A stretch of 64,000 nt of DNA from an uncultured Planctomycetota bacterium (GTDB lineage: Bacteria; Planctomycetota; Planctomycetia; Pirellulales; Lacipirellulaceae): positions 775,944 to 839,943 of the forward strand of contig CAVRBU010000004.1 of assembly GCA_963719315.1 (NCBI GenBank), written 5' to 3'. How positions within the stretch are numbered: the first letter of the stretch is position 1; each line of letters starts with the position of its first letter. A program made the position numbers and the translations under genes. Under the pieces are notes generated by a model, which worked only from the letters and a program-made list of their open reading frames with translations, was not told where the DNA came from and searched no databases. This document shows positions 9,307 to 19,946 of this stretch, piece by piece.

Positions 9307-9652
9307 CTTTCGGGCGACCCGTCGGCAAAACGTTCGCAAATCGCGCAACAAAATGGAGAGTTTACTCTAACCCATTAAGTGAACTAACGGAGGCGGCCGC
9401 GCGAGACCTTCGAAGGGTCTCGCGGGCCGCTCCCCAACTAACCAGGTGGGCCCAGATTCAACGCCCAGGTGGGTCCCATTTCAATGCCGATCTCCACGCG
9501 CGCCGCGGTTCGCGAGATGATAGAGCTCTGCGCTGCCGACGCCACCGCTGCCGACGACAATTGCGTCATAATGCATCTGGGATCTGCCTTACGGATCTTG
9601 ATAACGGCCTGGGCGAGCCTGCCCTCTGCTGGCGCCGTGATTTTATCCGATT

Positions 9653-10834
9653 TCACTTTTGCGATTCACTGGTCGCATGAGAAGGCGAGTGTGGCTTTGT
9701 AGTAGTCGGCCAAACACCATCTACGATCGGCGTAAGCTGAAGCTTTGCCGGATCGACTACGACGTGCTTAATCCGCTTCCGCTTCCAGGTATACGTGATA
9801 TGGACGAGACCATCTCTGGTTTGAATCACGGCAGGATAAGAGTACTCCCCTGGCGCCCGTTCGAGTACCAGCGCTGCTTGCCACAGCTTTCCGTCATTGC
9901 TGACCGCAATGTTAAGTATCGACCGCGATCGTAAGTCGCTAGTGCTTAGGTCGTCGCGCTGAGTGTGGTTGTACACGAGGAACTGTCGGCCGTCGGCAAG
10001 CGTAACCGCGTCAATCCCGGAATTGGGATTGGGCAGGTGCGTCGATTGCAGCTCGGACCACGTCTTTCCCTCATCCGTCGACCACGCGGTCCAGACATTT
10101 CCTTTCCCGCGTTGATCGCGGGCCACGATCTGCCAGCGGCCATCCGCATGGAACAGAATGCTCGGCTGAATCGCGCCTTGCCGGCGGCCATCATTGAGCG
10201 GTCGAGACTTCGTCCAAGTTTCGCCCAAGTCGGTCGTTCTCTCCAAGTGCAACCGCCAGCCGTTATCTTCTGTACTCGACGGACATACCAGAGTTCCGTC
10301 GGAGAGTTGCACCGGTTTGTTCTTTACGGGACCAATAATTCCATCCGGCAGCCGTCGGGCACTCGACCATGTCGCGCCGTTGTCCGCCGATTTCATCATC
10401 ATCCCCCACCAGGCGTCCGGCGAAGGCCCCACTTTATAGAACAGTAATAGTGGACCCTCTTTTGATTGGAACAGAACCGGGTTCCAAGTTGGATAGCGCA
10501 GTGTGGACGATTGGATTCCGTTCGCCACCTCGACTGGTGAAGTCCAGCCGCCGTCGATCTGCCGCGAAAGCCAAATCCCAACGTCGGGATGCTTCTCCGC
10601 CGTCCCACCAAACCATGCGGCCACTAGCCCTTGGGGCGTTTGGGCGATCGTCGAAGCATGACATTGTGCAAACGGTGCATCTCTAAAAATGAACTCTGCG
10701 GCGACAACACCCGGCTGTGGCGCAGTCTTCGGGAGGGGCGAAACCGGTTCGACCGCCGACGCCCTCGGACTCACTATGGCCAGCAGCACAAGCGACACGA
10801 GCAGATGCGAGAATTGAAGACCTGAGTTTAACAT
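9653..10834 (-). CDS. Secreted BNR/Asp-box (sialidase-like) protein
   Basis: Signal peptide; CHASTI...AWFGG.AE; Asp-boxes SADNGATWS, TTDLGETWT, STDEGKTWS, SNDGKLW; PNPNSGID; EYSYP. Confidence 0.9.
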   Translation of the reverse strand: MLNSGLQFSHLLVSLVLLAIVSPRASAVEPVSPLPKTAPQPGVVAAEFIFRDAPFAQCHASTIAQTPQGLVAAWFGGTAEKHPDVGIWLSRQIDGGWTSPVEVANGIQSSTLRYPTWNPVLFQSKEGPLLLFYKVGPSPDAWWGMMMKSADNGATWSSARRLPDGIIGPVKNKPVQLSDGTLVCPSSTEDNGWRLHLERTTDLGETWTKSRPLNDGRRQGAIQPSILFHADGRWQIVARDQRGKGNVWTAWSTDEGKTWSELQSTHLPNPNSGIDAVTLADGRQFLVYNHTQRDDLSTSDLRSRSILNIAVSNDGKLWQAALVLERAPGEYSYPAVIQTRDGLVHITYTWKRKRIKHVVVDPAKLQLTPIVDGVWPTTTKPHSPSHATSESQK

Positions 10835-10902
10835 GGCAACTCTGTTTACACAGTTTAGCGAATATTCAACGATGCGCTGCGAGGTTCAAGGCAACCGCCC
10901 CC

Positions 10903-12339
10903 TCAATTTGGCGCACCGCCGAACTGTCGCCAGTATAGCTCCTTGAAGGGATTGACTTTGGGCCCGATGGCGTCTTCGTTTACCATCCGCGGACGAACCG
11001 CGCTCCACCAATCGTCGTAAGCGCGCCGCATGTCGGCGACAATCTTGGGATGTTGGTCGATGACGTTGGTCGTTTCCCCCGGGTCGGCCGTAAGGTCGTA
11101 GAGTTCCTGGTTATTGACGAACCGAAAGCGGCCGTTTCGGACGGCACAGTTAATGTACTTTGCGCCGTCGACTTCGCCCCTGTTCCAGCGCCCAACGTGG
11201 ATGAACACATATCGATCTGGCCAAGGCGCTTTGGGATTCTCAAGTAGCGGAACGAGGTTGCGACCGTCGATCGACAAATCGGTGGGCAGCTTTGCGCCCG
11301 CCAGAGCGGCAAGAGTTGGAAAGACATCGATGTGGGCCGCCAACTGGTGAATGTCCACGCCGCCGGTCAGCGTCCCAGGCCAATGCCAAAAACAGGGGAC
11401 GCGCGTTCCGCCTTGATACGGGGAGGCCTTCGAGCCGCGCATGCCCGCGCTGAATAGGCGCGTTTGTGTGCCTCCGTTATCGGTCATGAATAGGACGAGC
11501 GTGTCTTGATCTTTGCCCAGATCGTGGAGCGTCGATAGCAATTGGCCCACATTGTCGTCGATGTTTGATATCATCGAATAGTAAGCGACAGAATCTGCGT
11601 CGAGTTTTTGTTTTCCGATCGACTTGCCCTCGTACAGCTTGTCGTACCGCGACCCCGGGCTGACAAGGGGACTATGCGGCGCATTGGTACAAATGTAAGC
11701 GAAGAACGGCGCCGATCCCCTGCTCTGTTGCTCGATCCAACGAAGCGCTTGTGCGAAGAACAAGTCGGTGCAATATCCCTTCGTTTTTTCGAACCTTCCG
11801 TTATGCAACAGGGCCGGATCGAAGTAATTGTTGTTCGGCGCGTCGCCGCAACTGCCGGGGTACGTTTGACCGATGCCACCGCCGCCGTGGATGTAGACTT
11901 CGTCGAAACCGCGTTTGTCGGGCTGATAAGCCGGCTCGTCGCCCAAGTGCCATTTGCCAAAGATGCCCGTCTTGTACCCCGCGGTTTTCAACACTTGCGC
12001 AATCGTGGTTGCGTCGAGACTCAGTCGTTCGCGTTCAAAAATCGTGTGGGTGACTCCCGACTTGAACTCGTGGCGACCGGTCATCAGGGCTGCCCTGGTC
12101 GGCGCGCACGTCGGACTCACTTGAAAATCGGCGAACCGCACGCTTTCGCGATACAGGCGATCGAGGTTAGGTGTGTGAATCAGCGGATTGCCGTGGCAAG
12201 CCAGATCGCCGTAACCCTGATCATCGGTCATCACCAGCACGATATTCGGCCGTGAGCCCGCCAGTTCGGCCGCTCGCGCTCCACTGTGGGCCGCAGCGAA
12301 TGTGAAAACGGCCGGCAATATCAACAACAACGCTTTCAT
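10903..12339 (-). CDS. Arylsulfatase (S1 family, Cys-type)
   Basis: Signal peptide; MTDDQGYGD; CAPTRAALMTG; GKWHLG. Confidence 0.95.
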   Translation of the reverse strand: MKALLLILPAVFTFAAAHSGARAAELAGSRPNIVLVMTDDQGYGDLACHGNPLIHTPNLDRLYRESVRFADFQVSPTCAPTRAALMTGRHEFKSGVTHTIFERERLSLDATTIAQVLKTAGYKTGIFGKWHLGDEPAYQPDKRGFDEVYIHGGGGIGQTYPGSCGDAPNNNYFDPALLHNGRFEKTKGYCTDLFFAQALRWIEQQSRGSAPFFAYICTNAPHSPLVSPGSRYDKLYEGKSIGKQKLDADSVAYYSMISNIDDNVGQLLSTLHDLGKDQDTLVLFMTDNGGTQTRLFSAGMRGSKASPYQGGTRVPCFWHWPGTLTGGVDIHQLAAHIDVFPTLAALAGAKLPTDLSIDGRNLVPLLENPKAPWPDRYVFIHVGRWNRGEVDGAKYINCAVRNGRFRFVNNQELYDLTADPGETTNVIDQHPKIVADMRRAYDDWWSAVRPRMVNEDAIGPKVNPFKELYWRQFGGAPN

Positions 12340-13766
12340 GGCATTGTCCGTTGCTTTTGGCGGTTACCGTCAGCATCTGATCTTTTGGGCTCCGTACCGA
12401 GCTGCGACGGTGGAGTGGCATAAAAAGACGCGATCGGATCGCCAAAGTCCCTGCCCAGAATTCGCAACTGCCCGCGGAGTCGGGCGAGCACGTCACGGCT
12501 GCTGTCGTTATCCACCAGATTGTTCAGCTCGTCTGGGTCTGTCGATAAATCGAAGAGCTGACTGTGACGCTGGTCGCCGACCACATACTCGATCAATTTC
12601 CATCGCTTATCTCGAACCATTCTTTGACATTCGCGATATGCCGCGAAGAGGTAGAGGCGCAAGTCCGTTGCCTCTCCCAGGACAATCGGCATCAGACTCT
12701 TGCCCTCGACCACAGTGGGCGTCTTCGTGCCGGCCAAATCGCAAATGGTCGGGAACAGATCGTACAGATACACCAGCGCGTCGGAGTGTCCGTGAGGAAT
12801 CCCAGGCCCCGCTATGATTAGGGGTGGTTTGACGTGTTCGTACAGGTTTTGCTTGCCCATCAAGCCATGACGCCCACCGACCGCCAGGCCTTGGTCGCTA
12901 GAGAAAATAATAATCGTATTGTCCGCATAATTCAGGTCGCGCAGTCGATCGAGGATTCGCCCGACTTGGTTATCCAAATCCGAAATACAAGCATAATAGT
13001 CGGCCAGGTGCTGCCGCATTTCCTTCGGGTCGCGCGGCCGAGCTGCCAGCAATTCGTCGCGAATGCTCAATTCGCCATTGTCGAAGGGATGAGCAGGCAT
13101 GAAATTGGGCGACAGCCGAAGCTTGTCTGGGTCGTACATCTTCATGAAATGATCTGGCGCCATGCGCGGATCGTGTGGCACGGGCGGCGCGAGATAGATG
13201 AAAAATGGCTTGCTCCGATCGTGGGCCTCGAGAAATTGCACCACTTGATCGCCATGGTGCCGCATGTCGTCCGGCCCCGATTTCACTGTCTCTACATTGA
13301 AATCAAACGCCGCATTGCCGTAGCGGCACGCATTATTTGATTTTCCGCAGTGATAAGTAACGTAACCGGCATCGCGCAATACGCGAGGAAGCAATACGAG
13401 ATCGGCCGGCGCTTGCAAACCCGTCACTTTCGGCAATCGCCAAACGCTTCGCCCGGTAAGCAACATCGTGCGACTGGGGACGCAGACCGCGGGTGTCATC
13501 GATCCCATGCAGAACGCGTTCGTGAAGTGGAATCCCGATTCCACCAGCCGATCCAGGTTGGGCGTCTGAATCTGGTCATTGCCCAGCGAATGAATTGTGT
13601 CCCAGCGCTGGTCGTCGGAGAAAATAAACAAGATATTTGGATGCGGGGGCTGTTTTGCTGATGCGGTCGCGGCGGCCAAGATAACGTACGCGGCAAGCGC
13701 AAGCGGCACGAATACGCTCCCGACCAGTTGAAAATCGAGTCGGAATAATAGCCAATGCAGCTTCAT
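12336..13766 (-). CDS. Sulfatase (S1 family)
   Basis: FSDDQR; CVPSRTMLLTG; PHDP; SSDQG...HGLMGKQNLYE. Overlaps the next start by 4 nt (translational coupling). Confidence 0.93.
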   Translation of the reverse strand: MKLHWLLFRLDFQLVGSVFVPLALAAYVILAAATASAKQPPHPNILFIFSDDQRWDTIHSLGNDQIQTPNLDRLVESGFHFTNAFCMGSMTPAVCVPSRTMLLTGRSVWRLPKVTGLQAPADLVLLPRVLRDAGYVTYHCGKSNNACRYGNAAFDFNVETVKSGPDDMRHHGDQVVQFLEAHDRSKPFFIYLAPPVPHDPRMAPDHFMKMYDPDKLRLSPNFMPAHPFDNGELSIRDELLAARPRDPKEMRQHLADYYACISDLDNQVGRILDRLRDLNYADNTIIIFSSDQGLAVGGRHGLMGKQNLYEHVKPPLIIAGPGIPHGHSDALVYLYDLFPTICDLAGTKTPTVVEGKSLMPIVLGEATDLRLYLFAAYRECQRMVRDKRWKLIEYVVGDQRHSQLFDLSTDPDELNNLVDNDSSRDVLARLRGQLRILGRDFGDPIASFYATPPSQLGTEPKRSDADGNRQKQRTMP

Positions 13767-13787
13767 GAAAGGCTCCGCATCTCTGTC

Positions 13788-16066
13788 TCATCGGGCAGGC
13801 CGCCGCCTGCGAAGATTACTGATCGCCGTCGCGCCGAGGCACACCAGCGCAAAACTCGTTGGCTCGGGCACCGCGGCTTGTGACCCCAGCTCGGGGACTG
13901 TCCAATTCTGGCTGATGAAGCCAACGTCTAGAATATCGACGATCATGTCGCCATTGAGGTCGCCTAAAGGCCCTGCTTCGCCCCAATGAGACACTACAAA
14001 ATTGATGTCCTGGTCGTCAACTACACCATCGTAATTGACGTCTCCCGGCAGCGCTGCAGTGCCCTGCAGCGACAGTCGCGGTGCGAGTAAAGAGTTACCC
14101 TCGCGCGAGTAAAAACTCGCGACGGATGAAGAAGTGGTTGGCTCAAGAATGATCGTCACCAGTCCGCTCTCATCCGTATCCTGAAAGTACTGAGCCAGGT
14201 TCAGGAAGACCGACAGATTCGCATTGTTGAAGTTGATGCTTTGACCCGCCAACATCGAGCCAACCGTCAAAGTGCCCAGCGTAAGAATATTCGGAGTGTT
14301 CGTGCTGGTCGAACTCACGCCGAGTGTGCGACTATCGTGATCCCAACTCAAGCCAGGCCCGCCATTGAACTGGATTGTTGATTCCGCCCAATCCCAGCCG
14401 GAGGCGTCGTGCTCCAGGCCAAATATCTTGAACGTGCGACTACCCGAGATATCGGCCGCCGCCGTCAACTGCAGACTGGCATTAGTGACCGATCCAGGTA
14501 CGATCTCCGCGAGATCGAACTTCAAGACGATCGGCTGATTGGTGGTGCCGGACGATCCTCCCCAGATTGCATCCAACGACGATCCAGTGCCGTTGCCGCC
14601 GCTCACGGCACTGGTCCCAACGCCGTTTTCGCTAACGTACGCATCGGCCCCACGCCCGAAACCGGTCGAAACGGTGATCGCTTGAGTAGCCGCGGGCGCG
14701 TAAGCATTGGGCGTCAGCGTGTGCAGGTAACTTTCCAGCATCGTGTAGCCGGAGGACAGCACGACGTTATTGATCTTCGGGTCGGCGGCGGTGACGCCGT
14801 AACCATGCGCCGCCGCAAACCAATCGGCAACGCCGTCGGAGTTCGAATCCGCCGGCTTGGTGCCTGTTGGCAGAGTCGGATACCCGCCGACTTGCGACGG
14901 TGAATCAATAATTGAGCCGAACTGATTCATGACCCCACGTACGATCCGTCGATCTACCCCATCGCGATAGTGCGAAGCGCCAGCATGACTCAGAACGTTA
15001 ATGTAGGCGGTACGGGCGTCGGTGGTTGTCACTTGCGGCAGATTGAAGCGCTGCGCAGGAAGCGTAAAACCACTCCCGCTGCTGCCATCGGTCTTCATCA
15101 GCTTTGAGCCGGTGGCTACGGTCTCGTCCAAAACACCCTTGGTCGAGCTGCTGTCGCGAAGATTGCCCTCGAAGTAAATGCTTGGGTGCGAGGAGGACTG
15201 AGCGGAATAGAGAGCGCTGCTTGAACTTGTGTTGGGGCCGTCGACGCCAAAATTGCCGACATAATTGATCGAGGGGATGTCAGCCGAGCCGCTGCTGTAG
15301 CCGTAGTTCGAACCAGAATTAAAGATGACATTGTTTACGAAATCCAGTTGCGCCAAATCGCCTACGCGAGGATTACGGCTATCATTGTTCGCAAACAAGT
15401 TATGCGCAAACGTCATCGTTGTCGGCGTCGTGCCGGAATCGACTCCGACGGCAAAGCTGTGGCTGCCGCTGGGGTGCCCCGCGTTTTTAAGTGCTTCGCT
15501 AATCACTGAGTATTGCACCGTCACGTTGGTTGACTCGTGCGTGACCGGAAGAGCCTCGTCAATGCTCCAAGAAGCCGTCACATGATCGATCATAACATCG
15601 TGAACGGTTCCGACATTCAGCGCGTCGGGGGCCGGATTAATTGCACGGCTAGCCGGATCGTCGCCCAAACGGACTCGCATGTACTGCAGGATCACGTTGT
15701 TGCACTCGCTGATGCCAAATTTCTGATCGGCAATCGTGATCCCGCCACCGGCGCCGACTGACCCGCAAATGTAATATTTGACTTTTTCGACTTGAGCTCG
15801 TTTTGCAGGTGAATCGTGCCCGCCACATTGAACAGAATGGTCCGCGGGCCAGTGGCCGTATCGATCCCCCAGCGCAGGCTTCCTAAACCGGAATCGTTGA
15901 GATTCTCAACGAAATACACGTCGCCGCCGCGGCCACCGACCGCGTTCGCTCCGGCCCCTTCAGCTCCGGGGAAAGCGACCAGGGTGGCCATTCCGGTCGT
16001 CACGCTCAAGAACGCCGCAATGGCAGTCAAAGCTATGGCAACCCACGATGTAAACGAGCGGAGCAT
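13788..16066 (-). CDS. PL1-like pectate lyase with DNRLRE/CBM96-like domain, dockerin-like module and PEP-CTERM tail (1-nt frameshift at about 15749)
   Basis: 5' part: AFPGAEGAG...GGRGG...GPRTILF...FAGQSAP. Adding one base continues GGGITIADQKF...ILQYMRVR...DHVTASWSIDE...SRNPR, then ADAYV...LKFDL...ASLQL, GDVNYDGVVD..D, and VPEPTSFALVCLGATAISNLRRRR. Confidence 0.88.
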
Positions 16067-16158
16067 TATGGTTGACTTCCATAAACGACGACGTGATCGC
16101 TGGCCAAACCGTTTGACGGAAAATTGCGAGGAACGGCGTATTCGTCCTACGATCCAGT

Positions 16159-18417
16159 TCATTTTGTGTCCGCTCGATATGGATTATTTGGCAATAGGCC
16201 GATGCTTTCCAAGTCGATTGGTTCAATGCCCAGTGCGTGAGCGGGCGACTCCTTCCTCAGCCGCAGATCGCCCCGCTCAACATCGACGAACATTGGATCG
16301 GCAGTCAAGCTATGCAACTCGACGCCGTACTGTCTCTCCTCGTTCAAATGTGACACCGCCCAATCCTGGTATTGAGGGCAGTAATATAGATTGAAGTCCG
16401 CATCGCAGTCTCGCAACCGCGGCTCGTCACCCTGGCCGTACGTTCGATTCTGGATAACAGGCGCGTAACCGGGGTCAGGCGAATAGATGATATTCCTTTC
16501 AATCTTCGAGCCGGCAACCGAGTTGACCTCGAGTCCGATATAACCGCGCAGTTGCGATGCGGGTTTAATGGTCAAACGACTTGGGACAAGATCGACAATA
16601 AAGTTGTTGATGATATCGTTCTTTCCTTTGATGGTAATCCCTTGGTGCATGCATCGCACGTTAAAAATGATGTTCTTCTCGATAATGGTTTCTTCCTGAT
16701 CGTCGTCGCAACGAATGGCCTGCACCAGATGATCGGAATCGATGTCATGAATCAGATTTTGCTGGATGACGTTGCCTCTTCCAGTTCCCGACACATAGAT
16801 TCCGTTCCCGTCGCCCAATCGCTCCATCACAGAGCTGATTTCGTTGCGCTCCACGCGGTTCAAGCGTCCGTGCAGATAGGGTTCCCGTTCCTCCCAGGTC
16901 CAGGGTTTGGAATGTTGGTTGTGAATCTCATTCCAGCGCACCGTCCGCACCGATCCTGATGTTCCGGTCCGAGTCCACGCAATCCGGCCGCTGACGACGA
17001 TTCCTGTATAAGGCGTGTGTTGCACGAGATTGTTGGCAATCAGATTTCGACCGCTCTGCCAGACGAAAATCGCGGGTGACGCCCAATACAATTCGCCGAT
17101 GTGGTGAACCCAATTGTTCACTACAGAATTGTCGACGTTCACGTCCTTCGTTCCAGGGCCATACCCGGCCAGCAAGATGCCAACGCCGCCCAGATGTGCG
17201 AATTCGCAATCGCGGACAATATTCCGCTGGCAGTGCAGGTCCATGCGCACTCCGGCGCCACCGCCTGCCACGAAGCGACAAGCTTCCACGCGGCAACCCT
17301 CGGCCCCGCGAAAACGGAGCATTCCGCTAGGACGATCGAACTGCTCCCAGCTGTGCTGCAGATCCCATCCGTCCTGACCTTGTCTGGGCAGCCGTTCGGC
17401 GTGGGCAAAGGTCAGTCCGCGGAATACGAGGTTCCTTGTCGGACTGTCGTGGGGGGCGGCGTAATCGATCTCCCCTTCGACGCGCACAAGCTCTGTCAAT
17501 CGAGGCGCAACGATGTTGTGGCTCGGTCTTTCGCCCAGCGGCCAAAGATAGATCTTGCGATTCTTCGAATCAAACACCCACTCTCCCGGCTGGTCGAGAT
17601 CTTCCAGCCGGTTTTCGATCCACATCGTCTCGCGATGAAACTTCATCGGTCCGATCGGCCGTGAGGCGAGAAGGCGTGTCACGCCCAGCCGTTTGGCTTT
17701 GTCGACATAGGCAATCGGAAGGATATTCATTTCATAATTCGCGGTCGGCATGACCAACAGATCGGCGCCGACGAAATCGGGGTAACGCTCAACAACACCT
17801 TGCGGAAAATAGAAAACATCGCAGGGGCCCCTGCCCGCCCCGTCGTCTGGCCAGCCATGTGGCGGAGTAAAGCCGCGCCCTTGGGCACGCGGCAGCCGAT
17901 TCAATCCGTCATAGAGGGTTAGAACTTCTCCAAGGCATGCTGGTACGTCAGTCACCCACAAGTGCTCCACTGCCGAGGCGGCAACACTGGGCGAATGCCT
18001 CTCGAGTTTCGTCCACTTGCCGAGAGGAACACCCGACGAAAGGATGGCCGATTCGCCTGGGTAGGCGGCGAAGGTGGTCGTCCCCACTTCGCCGGCCGAA
18101 TCTAGCAGAGAGAAAACCAGGGTCTTATCCAACCGATACGTACCGGCCCGCAGCGCCACTTGGATCGACTTGGTCGGCTCCGTGACGCGCATTTCTTGAA
18201 CGGCCTGCCGAGCTCGTTCGAGAGTCGCGTAGGGCCCGTCGGTCCGGTCCGCGTTCGGTTCAGCAAGGCGACCCGACCAGGCGTCGTTTCCACCAGGAGA
18301 AATGAATAGGTCCCATTTCACCGCCGGCGCAATCGGATTTTCGTCCGCGGCAATCGTTCCCGCGAGGACCGTCACCAGCAGACCGACCAGTGCCTTCGAG
18401 ATCGTTCGACTAACCAT
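16159..18417 (-). CDS. Secreted right-handed parallel beta-helix protein (GH141-like architecture)
   Basis: Start ATG 18417 gives a signal peptide. FISPGGNDAWSG...DGPYATLERAR, LRAGTY, LDQPGEW and many PbH repeats. Confidence 0.85.
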   Translation of the reverse strand: MVSRTISKALVGLLVTVLAGTIAADENPIAPAVKWDLFISPGGNDAWSGRLAEPNADRTDGPYATLERARQAVQEMRVTEPTKSIQVALRAGTYRLDKTLVFSLLDSAGEVGTTTFAAYPGESAILSSGVPLGKWTKLERHSPSVAASAVEHLWVTDVPACLGEVLTLYDGLNRLPRAQGRGFTPPHGWPDDGAGRGPCDVFYFPQGVVERYPDFVGADLLVMPTANYEMNILPIAYVDKAKRLGVTRLLASRPIGPMKFHRETMWIENRLEDLDQPGEWVFDSKNRKIYLWPLGERPSHNIVAPRLTELVRVEGEIDYAAPHDSPTRNLVFRGLTFAHAERLPRQGQDGWDLQHSWEQFDRPSGMLRFRGAEGCRVEACRFVAGGGAGVRMDLHCQRNIVRDCEFAHLGGVGILLAGYGPGTKDVNVDNSVVNNWVHHIGELYWASPAIFVWQSGRNLIANNLVQHTPYTGIVVSGRIAWTRTGTSGSVRTVRWNEIHNQHSKPWTWEEREPYLHGRLNRVERNEISSVMERLGDGNGIYVSGTGRGNVIQQNLIHDIDSDHLVQAIRCDDDQEETIIEKNIIFNVRCMHQGITIKGKNDIINNFIVDLVPSRLTIKPASQLRGYIGLEVNSVAGSKIERNIIYSPDPGYAPVIQNRTYGQGDEPRLRDCDADFNLYYCPQYQDWAVSHLNEERQYGVELHSLTADPMFVDVERGDLRLRKESPAHALGIEPIDLESIGLLPNNPYRADTK

Positions 18418-19855
18418 ATACAACGGTGGCCTCAGGCAGCGGCCTGGCGATCTCGTCAATGCGGTAGCCAAACCCCGACCCGTGAACCGTCGACAAATCG
18501 AGATTCCCGGCCCGGCGGGTGTAGACACCAGGATGCACGCGTGCCTCAAAGGACGAGGCCTCCGGGTAAAACTGCATGGCGTTCGATTCGACACCCATGA
18601 TGGTACGCGCGTGTGCGGCAAGCATTACATGCGGGATTTGCGCGAGCATCGGATTCGTCAAATCTTGCACCATCACCGCCATATCGTGCGCCCGGGCCCA
18701 GCAGAGTGAAAGAATAGCGCCCGTTTGCGTCTTACAAGTTTTTAGCGCCACGCCCGTCCATCCGAGCGATCGTCCTAGCTTCACATACCGCCAATTATGG
18801 GCGCTCTCGTCCATAAACAGCGGCTTGCGCCGAGCGACGCCTCGCACATCGACCCGTTGCTCCTCGAGTTCGTAGGCGAACGGTTGCTCAACGTATAAAA
18901 TCATATCGAAGATCTGGCGCTCATCGCGTTCGAGGCGATCCAAGATTTCGGTTACGTACTCTGGCTCTCGCACGGTGCAATTGAAGTCGGCCGAAAGCCA
19001 TTTCACCCCTTTCGATCGCCCGGTTCGGCCGATTTGGACCAGGCGGTCGTAATCCCACGCGGCGTTATCTCCCCGGAGCTTTACCTTGAGACAGTATAAG
19101 CCGTCCCGTTCGATCCAATCGCTCAACAGCACCGGGTATCCATCTTGCGGCCTACTGCTGGAGAGTTCGCCGGGCTCAAGCGGATCGAGGCCGCCGACCA
19201 AATGCCAGACCGGCAGCGTTCGCGTTGGCGCAGCCGTCAAAAAATCGGCCGGATACGAATTGCGGAAGGCAACCTGAGAATTCGCCGCTGGCGAAATAAG
19301 TTCGGCCAAATCGCAGTTCATGTATTTCGAATTGTATGTCTCATAAACGGGCACTCCATTCAGCGCTCCGTACGCATCGTGGAGGGCAATATCGTAAGCG
19401 GAACAACACACCAGCGCCGCCAAATGAGGCAAATGCGCGTCAATCTCACGGCCTGCGTTAAATTCACAGGTACGCTGCTCTAAAATGTCTCGCTGAAAAG
19501 CGTCTCCGATTTCGAGTGGGTGGCCCCAATATCCAAATTGCCACCAAGCCTCGGCCAGTTGCTGGCAGAAATCAATCATCGACTCATGCCGTTCGGCGTA
19601 CGACAAGGAGCTTGGCCACGACCACTGGACGCTGAGCGGCGTTTCTCCCCATCCCTCAGCGGTCCGACCGCGACGGTCCACCAGTTGTATTCGTACTCTT
19701 GCGCAAGTTACCGTAGTAAGCGTTTCATTGCCGAATTTGAGCGGAACCCGCGTAGCCACCGGCAACAAATACAATTCGACGCGGTTCACCCGCGCATCGG
19801 TCGGCCTGTGAGCCCGGTGCGTTCGTGCGTCAATTGTTTGACCGACGGATGCCAT
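18410..19855 (-). CDS. Mandelate racemase/muconate lactonizing (enolase superfamily) enzyme, probable acid-sugar dehydratase/epimerase
   Basis: GWGETPL; KVKLRG (KxK); metal ligands in SADFN, YVEQP, MDES; ALKTCK. Confidence 0.88.
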   Translation of the reverse strand: MASVGQTIDARTHRAHRPTDARVNRVELYLLPVATRVPLKFGNETLTTVTCARVRIQLVDRRGRTAEGWGETPLSVQWSWPSSLSYAERHESMIDFCQQLAEAWWQFGYWGHPLEIGDAFQRDILEQRTCEFNAGREIDAHLPHLAALVCCSAYDIALHDAYGALNGVPVYETYNSKYMNCDLAELISPAANSQVAFRNSYPADFLTAAPTRTLPVWHLVGGLDPLEPGELSSSRPQDGYPVLLSDWIERDGLYCLKVKLRGDNAAWDYDRLVQIGRTGRSKGVKWLSADFNCTVREPEYVTEILDRLERDERQIFDMILYVEQPFAYELEEQRVDVRGVARRKPLFMDESAHNWRYVKLGRSLGWTGVALKTCKTQTGAILSLCWARAHDMAVMVQDLTNPMLAQIPHVMLAAHARTIMGVESNAMQFYPEASSFEARVHPGVYTRRAGNLDLSTVHGSGFGYRIDEIARPLPEATVVYG

Positions 19856-19946
19856 CGATGATTTACTCGAATTTGAATTAAGTTGCGGTGACCGCGATCC
19901 GTTCCAATTGACCATTCGTCTCGCGAACTACACTTCGGCTCGATTC

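Larger units (their letters stand above)
6893..9496 (+). mobile_element. IS21-family insertion sequence (2604 bp)
   Basis: Terminal IRs TGGAGATCGGCATTGAAA[C/T]GGGACCCACCTGGG with an internal second repeat at each end. 7-bp target duplication CGCGCGC (6886-6892 and 9497-9503). Carries istA + istB. Confidence 0.97.
5829..9576 (-). pseudogene. solA: N-methyl-L-tryptophan oxidase / monomeric sarcosine oxidase, interrupted by an IS21-family element
   Basis: 5' piece at 9576-9497 reads MHYDAIVVGSGGVGSAELYHLANRGAR (FAD GxGxxG). It joins in frame across the IS to VLGLDRFPPAHDRGSSHGQTRIIRLAY...CMYTMTPDEHF...GLSGHGFKF (to 5829). Confidence 0.93.
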
